64,000 bases of DNA from Trichinella spiralis (Eukaryota). A program made the translations under genes and the position numbers. Shown in pieces: positions 1 through 10,978 of the stretch. The stretch spans positions 10,222,856 through 10,286,855 of the forward strand of contig NW_003526941.1 of assembly GCF_000181795.1 (NCBI RefSeq). Direction: 5' to 3'. Below the pieces are notes generated by a model. The model saw only the letters and a list, made by a program, of their open reading frames with translations. It did no database searches and was not told where the DNA came from. Every line of letters begins with the position of its first letter. Positions within the stretch are counted from its first letter, which is position 1.

Positions 1-350
1 TGCATATGCCCTTAGGCTATCCCCCAGGCAATTTATAGCACAATATTTGACCTAAGGGGGTTTTTATGCAAATTTTTAATTGCCTCAGGGTAATATGCAA
101 ATTTTTATATGCCCTGAGGCTACGCCTGGGGCTATGCCTCAGGCAATTTTTTGAAAATTTTGAAATTTTTTGAAATTTAGCCGCAGGCGTCGCCTCAGGC
201 TATGCCTCAGGGCAAATAAAAATTTGCATATTCTCGCAGGCTACGCCGAAAGCATTTTTTTGCACAATATTTGCCTTCAGGGGGATATGCAAATTTTCAT
301 TTGCTTTTAGGCTATGCCCAGGGCATTCCCTCAGGTATTTTTTTCGAAAA
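1..350. repeat. Palindromic/foldback repeat cluster built from GCCTCAGG/CCTGAGGC and ATGCAAATTTT units
   Basis: 92-120 (aatatgcaaatttttatatgccctgaggc) is the reverse complement of 204-232 with 1 mismatch; imperfect pairing continues inward around a T/A-rich loop. The unit motifs recur throughout 1-350. Confidence 0.8.
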
Positions 351-363
351 TTTACATAATTCG

Positions 364-612
364 ATACTTACATATTCTCCAATTACCTCACTACTTAACT
401 ACGCTTTCCCGTACTCCATTCAGCGTAGAGTTTCACCTCATACTTACCTTTACCTCTCCGCTACGATATATACTTACCTGCACAACTTACCTTTTCATTT
501 TACTCACCTGCACCCTACGTTATCGTACTTACCTGCAATCCAATTACCTGTACGCAATCACATATATCCGCTTCGACTCTACTTACCTGCATTACTTTGT
601 CCACTTACCTTG
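364..612. repeat. Degenerate array of (T)ACTTACCT(G) motifs, i.e. CAG|GTAAGT on the minus strand
   Basis: Copies near 441, 471, 485, 526, 580 and 603, with variants near 364, 381, 501 (tactcacctg) and 543 (attacctg). Confidence 0.7.
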
Positions 613-1063
613 ATGCTACGTACCAGTACTTTACGCTATCTCTACTGCTCTAAATGAAGAATTTAATATAAACATGCCATGATTCTAAAATTCAGTTGAA
701 TATAGTTATATACCAAATTACAGCCATATAGAAAGTAAAATTGAAGACGAATAATTATTGAAGATAATAAATACGTTATTCGATGGAGATCATTCAAGAT
801 GCGGCTCTCGTCTTCACAGTTACGCACTAGAACATTAAAGACAATTATCCTACAAAAAATAATGCAATTCTTCCTTACCTTGCGTGACCTTCCTTACATC
901 AGAACCGTATTAAACGCAATTTGAGAGTGCCATCGGCTGCGACTAAAAAATTCATAAATTGCTATCAGGAACAAAATGCTGGGATGTACATCGACATACC
1001 TGTTCTATTCATTTAGCGTATTTCATTGCTGTCATAAACAATATCGAATTCCTTCTTTGTGAA

Positions 1064-2235
1064 TTTGTGATAAGCAAAGGCACACTGGGACGGCTAGGAA
1101 GCGCCTTTACGTCCATGTGAACACGGGTTGCAAACGGTACAAGATTCATGGGATGACGTAATCCACAGCTATTATAAACAAAAACTACTTACTAATTTTT
1201 GTCATATCACATGGGAAGCGCACTGACGAAAGATCTATACGGGCACCAGCGCTACTCGACTGTCTCAACGTAGTCTGCTAGAATTACAATCATTTATTTC
1301 TTTCAAACTCTTATGATAAGTGAAACCACAGTAGTACCAATGATGAACGTCACTGCGTCAACTTCAACTCAGAGGGCCATCAGAAGAAACATCGAATTCG
1401 CTTGATGTTAATGTAATGCTGTCATGGATAAAATGTGTACACTTTACGTATCCAACTGCAATCAGGAGCAAGTTAAATACTTACGGATGTTTGTGATGCC
1501 ACATTTAGAACAAACTGATGTGAACACGACTAAGCACGGTGTCCAGAGCGAAAGTAATTTGAAAACAGTTCAGCTAATGATGTTATATGTTATTATAAAT
1601 ATTCATATTCATATTCAGATACATATTCAAATTCAATCCATGTAACACTCGCATCTTCCAGCTATCTAATTAATCAAAATCAATACTTACTGATGAACGA
1701 TACTATTTGTGAAAAGCAAAGGCACACTGGGACGGCTAGGAAATGCCTTTACGTCCATGCGAACACGGGTTGCAACGGTACAAGCTTTTCATCCACAACT
1801 ATTATAAACAAAAGCTACTCACTAATTTTTGTCATATCACACTGGAAACGCTCTGACAGCAACAAGCACCAATACGTTGTCAGGATTTGTACAAACGCTG
1901 CTCGACTGACTCAGGGAATCTGCTACAATTACAATCCAATCCTTCTTACTTTTATGATAAGTGAAACCACACTATAACAACTGCGAAACGTCACCGCACA
2001 AAAACACTGTACGATCCAACTGCAATCAGGAGCAAATTCAATACTTACTGATGTTTGTGATGCCAAATATTGAACGAAATGATGTGAACATGACGTATCA
2101 CGTTACCCAGAGCAAAAGGAACACCATAAAAACTCAGCTAATGACGTAATCTGTAATTACAGAAGTTACCTAATTATACCTATATCTAATACGCCTATCG
2201 TCTTGCTATCTAATTAAACAAATTCTACAATTACT
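1064..2235. repeat. Degenerate tandem duplication (copy 1 ~1064-1700, copy 2 ~1706-2235)
   Basis: aagcaaaggcacactgggacggctaggaa occurs at ~1072 and ~1714; atccaactgcaatcaggagcaa at ~1450 and ~2013; ctatctaattaa at ~1662 and ~2206. The offset shrinks because of internal deletions. Confidence 0.85.
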
Positions 2236-5200
2236 GTTTTTTGTCATATGGTTTTTGAACGCTAGGTCATCAACTCCAACAACCACTGTTCAACAGCTTT
2301 TACCAGTCTTTACTGATAATAGATTGCATCTGCACATTTTCAAAATTTTCAAATTGCAAGGCAAATGTAATTTTCAATTCTAAAAAGAATTGAATCAAAG
2401 GCACATAATCTATGATATCATATACATGATAATTTAATATTAATGCTGCAGTTAGAATGAAAGCAATGCGGCGCTAATAGCACTGCAACCTTCAACCTAA
2501 ATTTAACAGAAAAATAAAAGTAAAAAGCAAGGCATATTCATCATGATGCATAGTTACCATATTCAGTAAGTTTTCAGATAGTTTGTTTCACATTCATTGA
2601 TATGAATATCAAATAATGTCAATTCTGAAAGTAAATTATATCACAAAATAAAAAACAAAGAATTCCTTCTTCATCAGCATCTGATGTACCTGAAAGTCAG
2701 CAATAACACCAATAGAAAAGAAACCCGTCAGTTTCCATTCACCATATATGTAAAGTAACATGCATGGCATACCACCACCAAAATATCAAATCCAACTTAC
2801 CAGTTATTCAATATTCATGGATGGTGTTGAAAAGCGGAATTATAGTTGACCACGTGCTAGATTGATAGCATTGCAGTGAACTGAATAACCTAATGTAATC
2901 GAAGTTCTCTGATTAGATGTATAATGCTAAGTAAATTATGCAAATGACTATTTACTTTGCTTCACGAAGAACAACCTAATTTTCCATCAGTAATAGCGCA
3001 GTAAAATAAACATTATGAGCAACATTATGAAACGAGACGATGAAATTTATTACGTTTCTATTTACACACTTCATATTACTACTACGTAATATGGTATTGT
3101 TATGCAAATATTTCCCCTAAAGTTACCTAAAAGGAAATATTATTAACATGAAGCATCGCAGACTACTAAAAATAAACGGAAATGCTATCACTGCGTATTT
3201 ATGCATGTTGTGTAATTTAGTTGCTTGAAAGTACAAGGTGATTCAATAATTTATATTTTAACAATGTTTTTCATCTAATCAAAATTATATGGATAATAAA
3301 AAATAGCTTCCACTGAAAATAGTTTCGAAAATAAAATACGTTTTCAGATTTATGGAAAATTAAACAGTTGACATGAAATTTTATGATGATAACTGCGACA
3401 GAAATTATATAATATACAATTCATCTCAGGACAGAATTTAACAAGTGCGCAGCGTAGACATCATGATGGTAAGCGGCTGCACCAGTGGGCATGCCACTTG
3501 AAAGCTTATTTACTATTAAAATTTTGTTTTAACTAAACTTTTGTTTACACCTTATGATGATTTATAGTAAGACTGGAAACTTGATTGAGCACTGCATCAG
3601 CGCGCCGCATGCAATGTGAGATAATCCTAGATGCAGAAATTAAGTAACTCAACGATTTGCAATGAATTCAAGAAACTTATGCGGGTGACAATTCTGTATT
3701 GGATTTTATGAAAAGAATAAAACAAAAGAATCACGAGTAGCCTGGATTTGGTTATATTGTTAGTCGACAACAATTATGAGAAATTAGATTTATATGAATG
3801 AGATGAAAACAGCTAAGTGCTGTTCATTCAGCTCGAAATAGGGGTTGGGCAGAATTTTCATTTTAATGCGATCTCTGTTCAGCTTAGTATTATTACGAGC
3901 TCAATAATGGGGATCATTAGAAAGGAAAGGAGGGCGGGACAGCATAGCAGGAAGGAATGAGGGAGAAGATGAAGGATGGAGGAGGTGGAAGTTGTCATAT
4001 GCGTTCTTCTACTCAATCTCCACGTATAATATTCAGGCATTGCTTCATTTATCAATACTGACAACATTTATGGGCATTGAGTTATTCTCTCAAAGACAGA
4101 AAATAGGTGCATCTGTATAAGTCAGTGCTATTGGCGGTACAATGACATAATAGAAACTTTAAGGAGTCATTTCATAAATGAAGGGAACGTTACTGCCATT
4201 CTGAAAGTATCAAAGGTGGTAGTATAAAAGTGTTCTCTAGCTAACAGCAGCTTTCTTATGTCATGCTAAAACAATCCTGTGCACGATTTGAGTAGTGACA
4301 AGCATTTAGGGGCGCGAATGTGCGACTGCAGTATCCCGGTGACAGACATTTCCTTTAAACAACTGGGCAAGTATGTTACCTTAGCAATAAACATTACAGT
4401 GGCCAGTAAAGATAATGCGGGAGGGGTTCAACTGCTATGTCAGAGTACTACTTTACAAATGGATTTGTAAGGACTATTGAAAATTATAGCAAAATATACC
4501 ATTAGTACTATTATATAATGGCTTGGCCGTAATAAAGTCTCGAATATTATTTGAACATCATTACTGAAAAACAACGCGCTAGTTTCCATTCAAAAAGACT
4601 AAAATCAAACAACTACGAAAAGCTTAAAAAGCGCGCATGTTTAGTGCAGTGTGCCAAGAGAAAGAAAGAAAACATTGTATGAAAAATAGCAAATATATGA
4701 AAATTCATACCTGTCAGCAGACCTGTCAGAGATAACGTCGAATGTAATGTCGAAGGGATAAAGCAAACGTAGATGCATACATTTTGTAACTGATATTCGT
4801 GATTTCTTCATATTTTTAGTCTAACAATCACAACGTAATTGTTGCAGTGAAGCATCGAAATGGCCAAATAACGCAATGCAGTAAGTAAATAGACCGCCCT
4901 TCAGTAGCGAACATTAATACTATAATGCAGTTCTCTCAATAAACAGAAATTTATATAAGGAACACTGCTACTGCATTTGAATAGCACAAAGTGCACGTAG
5001 CAGAATGCCAACGGCAGTGTTTACCATCACATTAGCATAAAGTTATTCTGCTGACCTAGAAAAGCATGTATGCTTTGAAAACGTATAATAACAATGTAAT
5101 GAGCCAACACCAAAGATTATAATAATCAAAGCCACTATCTATCACAAATAATATTATGGCGTAAATTAAAGAAGTATAAAATAGTGTCTTACGTAAATGG

Positions 5201-8200
5201 GGCTGTACTGGCACGATAATAATATGTCGCAATATTCAGCAAAATTCATTCATTAATTTAAAGGAACTGATTGTTTAGTGAACATTTCAATCAGACTTTG
5301 ATCAACCACTTTGAAAAGAAGAAAAATGAATGCCTATAACAGAAGAATGGCAAAACATAACATTTACTTAAAACACAAGCATAATGAATTGATAATTTAA
5401 TATAATGTACATGCTGGGTTGAAGTACTAAAAATTGTGCATCACGGTTGCCACTTTAGTCAGTGTGGAACCGGCAACATTGTTATCTTATATGCATGGAC
5501 AAAATACAGAAGCAAATTATTAAAAATTTATAGATTTTGCCCCCTTACACTTTACATCGTGCACTAATGCACATTCATTTACTGATTCCAATGAAAAATA
5601 TTCTGCAACGGTTTGAAAAAACATCATCAATTTTTCTAAAATAGCAAAAGTTGTTGCATCTGAAAATTCAGACATCGAAGAAGTATCATTTTTGTAGAAT
5701 TCATTTGATTCAATTAAATTTATAAAACATGGTGAAACCTGACGGCACAATTCCTCCTAGTGAATTCGTCATAAAAGTGATGTTGGTGAATTGGGTTGTA
5801 AATGCATGGACAAAATACAGAAGCAAATTATTAAAATTTCTACCTCTTGGCTTCATACTCACTGCCAGTGTAAATGAATTACAACTTCAACCTGCAGTGG
5901 AATGAGCATCGTGCCGTCTCTACTGACAATTTCATGAAAGTGCTTATATTCCGATATTTTATTTCCAGCAATAATTCGTTTATAATATATTTATTTGCCT
6001 TTTAATAATTTTAATACCTTAATACACTGCTGCTAAACGTAAGCATGAAATTCAACACAAAATATGTCTTCTGCGTAAAGCATAATGTAGTTATGTCAAA
6101 CTATTATAAATTTAATATCTATTTTGAGATATATTATGATGTCATTCAATTAAAAAATCTAACTTACAAAAATAATTACATTTTCATCATTTGGAAAAAC
6201 TATTTTGAAGAGTTGCATAACGTGATTTGCCATTTTGAATAAAACTGATGACGCTTGTCAGACGCCCTTTCAAAACGTCTTCCATTCTAATGTTGCTGAA
6301 AATCCCCCACCTATAAATATTTGAATTCAACCTCACAAGAAGATTCACAAGTTAAAGCTGCAAAACAAAAAACCGGCAAGACTACGCGTGAAAATTTGCA
6401 TGCAAATTCTGGTTAACAAGTACAACGCTTACTTAAAATTGCATTCAGCAAACCTGACCTTCGCGTCCGTTGATTTGAAATTACGTTAACAGCAATATAT
6501 GAGATACAAGTTCACAATATTTATGATTCTATTGCTCTTCACATGCAGATACTATTGAATAGGCCAAATAAAGCAAATCAAATGAAGTTATAAATTTAGT
6601 TTCAAATCTGATCAAATATGTATCATAACTATCAGGCGTCGCTCGTTAACATGCAAATTTTTATATCAAATTGCCTTGCCTTGAAAATACTGTTTATTAT
6701 ATTTGTGATGTAATTTTGCATTTCTTTAATTTCAATATAGCTAACTGTATCTTGCTACAATGCTTCATTTGAAAATGATCAAAATGATATGACTGTACAA
6801 TTTGTATATGGAGAATTGATATGGAGAAGAATATTTTCACATATGAATTTATTAATAAATATGTGGGAATTGTTTTATTGGATAATATAGTTTTATTTTT
6901 TGCAATTAGAAAATGCATTTCATGTTATGAAATAATTTGAATTAGTGAAAAAATAGAATAAGTTAAAAAAGTAAGGATCATATTTGCAAAAAAAAGTGGA
7001 ATAGAAAATCTGATAGGATTGATTAAAGAAGTGATTGGAGAAAAGTTTACAAGCTTGAATTGATAAACTAGCAGGTGCGTCTTTTGTAGTGAAGTTGAAG
7101 AGAAGTCGATCGAGCACGATAGTTTGCGCTTGCTTGAACAGTGTTGCTGAGAAACATTCTCAAACAGTGGCTCAATTCACGGATTAAGAAAAATATGTTT
7201 ACAGAGGTCAATGCTGATCATTGCTTAGAAGCCGACATCTAGTCAACCAGAAGCTGAGTAGAGTAGAAAAATAATCTTCTCTAGCCGAATCAGGTGAACT
7301 TGTTTGCCCGCCCCATAGGTGATCACTCAGGTCGAGATACTTTTTCGTTTAATTAAATTTAATCCTCTTCTACACGTATCGTCAGAGACAGAAAAACACG
7401 CAGCATTCACATTCAGATACGGACTAATGTACAACTAAATTGTAAAACGTTTGTTCTTGATTAGAAGCAAATTTTTTTTTAAATTTATTCCTTCACATTT
7501 TAAAATTTTACTTGAAAAATTACTTTCATTGTGCACCCACCACTACTACGCTGAATCACTGCTGAAGCAAAAAGCTTACTTATCAATTACGCAGTACAAT
7601 TATTATAAATTGGAAAACAAATCACAGTAATGTTTTTAATAACAGTTGTAGATTTAAATAAATAAATTTTAATTTACAAAATTTTTAGTTTTTTTAAATG
7701 TAACAAATTCTTTAAAATAAATATTTAAAAGTGCAAGAACAGCTTTCATTTTGTTCAAAGCTTATGCTATACTGTATGTGGTGAATGCAATAATACATGG
7801 TGTATTATTATCAACTTATGATGAACAGTACAATAACATAACAAAATTTTTTTGAAAGGAAAAGAGAAATTCATTTACTTGAAAATTTGAAGCGTTGATA
7901 AAACATTGAGAACACAAATACTCTCTTGTAGGTAAAGAAGTAGCACTTTGACAACTTGATCCTGAAATATAAATAAATATCAGTGAGAGATTTGAGGTAC
8001 AATTCACTGAATTAATTTTCTGTTTCTGAACAAATAAAGTAACTTTCTAACAGACTAATAGGGAGAACTGCATGCTAATTAGGTTAACTGTGAAAGTGGT
8101 ACATGTAATTAAAGTAATTACAACGAAATTATGCGAGTTCATAAAGGAGAACAACAATTAGTACAATATGTAAATAACCACCACCACGAGAAGAAAATGT

Positions 8201-10211
8201 ATCACTTTCATTTGTTGTTAAAAGTGGGGCAAAAATGTGGCGATATAATTTTGCTAGAATTAATATTTATCAAGAAATATGAACTAGCTGAAATAAATTA
8301 TTCATGGTTGTTTTTTTTACAGCTAAAAAAGAAAAATCCAACTAATAACATCTGTACTCCTCTGCTAACTTTTTTCCATCTCAGTTGACTAGACACTTAA
8401 TTGTCAATTAAATCTTTGCAGATGAAACTAACCGAAAAATTTGCATTCAAAGATATGATCTAAAAAAACATTTCAACGATAATAACCGAATTAGACCCTG
8501 AAACAACAGAATCATTGTCAGTCAATCATCTTTTAACGAGAAGAATAAATACTTTTTACTTATTGTTCTTTTTTCCATTTCTTAATTATACTTCAGCATA
8601 TTTGGGCATGGATTGGTCAAAAAAGGTACTTTGAAGCTGGTGCAATCTGAGAACGCAGCTTGTGACCGCTTGTTTGGCCAACAACAATCCCGCTGTAATG
8701 GTTTAATGAACTTTCGGTCGGCAAGCGCGTCACGGCTGGAATTCTGCACTAACTTGTGCAAAGCAATTCGACCGACCCTGGCAATGACAATGAGCGGTGG
8801 ACAAACGAGCTCATCACGGTTCCATTATACGTACAATACAATTGATTGTGCGCACCGCATCCGATACTGAACAGCTGCCAATCGCAGCCGAAGTGGGCAG
8901 CAACAAATGTCACGTTACTTGTACAATGAAAAGCAACTAATGGTCAACTTTTTGCATAACCTTTGCCATGAAGCTGATATTGGCGGTCCGAATGGCCGGC
9001 CAACAGGCGGTCGAACAACGGGGAGTCTGTCCACTTGCCATTTTGACCATCGTGCACCTGAAAATTTGGCATCCGTTTTCACGCCCAATAAAACGATGGT
9101 CAAGGGTTCTCAAAATACAAAGCTCAATGTGGCTGCGTAAATCCGTTGAACAAGTAGCACAACCGTACAATAATGTTATTCTATGTTTTCACACCTACTT
9201 TACCAAATCCACTTTTACCCACCAACTTCAAATGTATAGTTTCAATTATTGGGAAACTACATACATACACACACACATATATATATATATACATATACAT
9301 AGAATGAAGGAAAGCCGTGCGAGCACAATTTAAAAGAAACAAAAACTAACAACACAACGAATATACCAATGCAGATTCATTTTAGTTTCATCTGGTTGGC
9401 ATATGAGAGAAGAAAAACAAAAAAAAAATTATACCTGCTTGTTAAAATTCTCAGAAAATAGCTCTTGGATAAACATGCAAGTTTCACAAACCTCAGGCTA
9501 GAAGTTTTAAATAGAATTTCCATGACATGTGAATGAAGTAGACAGCGGCTAACGAGCTTTTTGAATAGCTAGAGGCGATTTGGAAGTTGAAATTTCGTCA
9601 ATGATTTCCAACTTGATTGAGAATTTTTACAAATTCCATTATTCATTCATTCAGTTTTCCCGAACATGACGGAAGTCGGTCTGTGTGTATCAACTACGTT
9701 CAGTATTATTTGTTTGCTCTATTTTATAATATTTGTTGAAGATTTCAACATTCTGAACAAACAAACGTCATCTATCACACCAATCAGTGTTACTTTCATT
9801 TTATTGTTTCTTTTCACAAATTCAACCAACATTCAGAAAAGTGGTGAATCATTCATTCATTCATTCTCTGTTCTTTTATAGATAATTTTCCATTTTCAAA
9901 CATTACATAAATTCTCTACAATAAACAAAATCCCATGAAATGCTTTAAAATGTTATAGTGTTTTATTAAGAAACAAAATTTGCTCGAATTATTACAAGAT
10001 TATCAAATTACAAGACAAGTTTTGCTTTTCCAAATCTTTAATTGATAAATAAATAAATAAATATGAATATGGATATATTCGGATATTTTTCAACGGTAAT
10101 ACAACGGCAAAGTTATACAAAAAAATTGAATTTGTTCAATCACAACAGCATTAACAATTGTAGTTGCTGCTGCTGTTACTATTGTTGTTGTTGTTGAAAA
10201 TAAGATAAAAA

Positions 10212-10803
10212 TCATTCAGAACAGCCGGGTTGAGTCACAACACCAGCAAGCGTTTCCAATTTATGTCTGATCTCCTCAGGAACAGTGTAGTGCTTCAAAT
10301 GTGTTCGTACAATGTGATTCAACACTGGCACATCTATAATTAATATATATATGCAAGAAAGAATATACAAACGTATAAAGAAAAAAAATGCAAACTAATG
10401 TAAACATAAATTAGTCTTTCCAACCGTGCAAACAAACAAACACATATACGTACCTTGAACCTGTAACCCATTGTTTAAGAGCTTTTCCAAAATTTTTGCA
10501 TGCAATAAATCAATGTATTGCACAGCATCTTTGAGAACTCTCTCCTGTTGAATGGAATAAAATTGTATTTACTGAAAGTAAATTACAAAAAAAGTCAAAA
10601 AAACAAATCACCTCAGAAACACGACGTCGTCTGTTGACGCGCTTCGATATTAGCTGATCGAGTTTGCACATTTCTGCCTGTCTTACATGATAGTTGCACA
10701 GATTTTTCGAACCACTATTGCACTGGCATCGAAAATATACCTCAACTTCCATTTGCTCTTCTACAGAACACTGGTCGACGGTCATAGTCAAGCTAGCCCG
10801 CAT
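10212..10803 (-). CDS. Small helix-loop-helix protein without a basic region (Id/emc-like), 3 exons, 134 aa
   Basis: Exons 10803-10612, 10544-10454 and 10333-10212 are joined by canonical GT-AG introns and stay in frame: ...NYHVRQAEMCKLDQLISKRVNRRRRVSE|ERVLKDAVQYIDYLHAKILEKLLNNGLQVQ|DVPVLNHIVRTHLKHYTVPEEIRHKLETLAGVVTQPGCSE*. Helix 2 fits the HLH pattern (V)LxxAVxYIxxL; helix 1 is MxxLxxLI. Confidence 0.75.
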
Positions 10804-10868
10804 TGAAACGTCAAATGAACAGCCAACTGGGTTCAGGAAGCAGACGTTCAGATCAGTTCAAAAATCAG

Positions 10869-10978
10869 CCAATCAAATTGTTCCGTCACATCCGATTGGA
10901 TTGGAATCGCGTAGTGGAAAGTGATCACCTTTTCAAGTGACAATTTGCAGTTGTCACGAACTGCCATAACTAGCCAAT
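10869..10978 (-). promoter_or_regulatory. Putative proximal promoter of the HLH gene with four CCAAT boxes
   Basis: CCAAT at 10869 and 10974, ATTGG at 10895 and 10900, all within ~175 nt upstream of the ATG at 10803. Confidence 0.35.

Noticed and set aside
271..657. 128-aa and 99-aa ORFs
   Set aside because: They arise from the low-complexity ACTTACCT repeat array.
5520..5850. Possible exon pair on the minus strand
   Set aside because: No consistent open frame upstream and no recognisable product; it lies in decayed, duplicated sequence.
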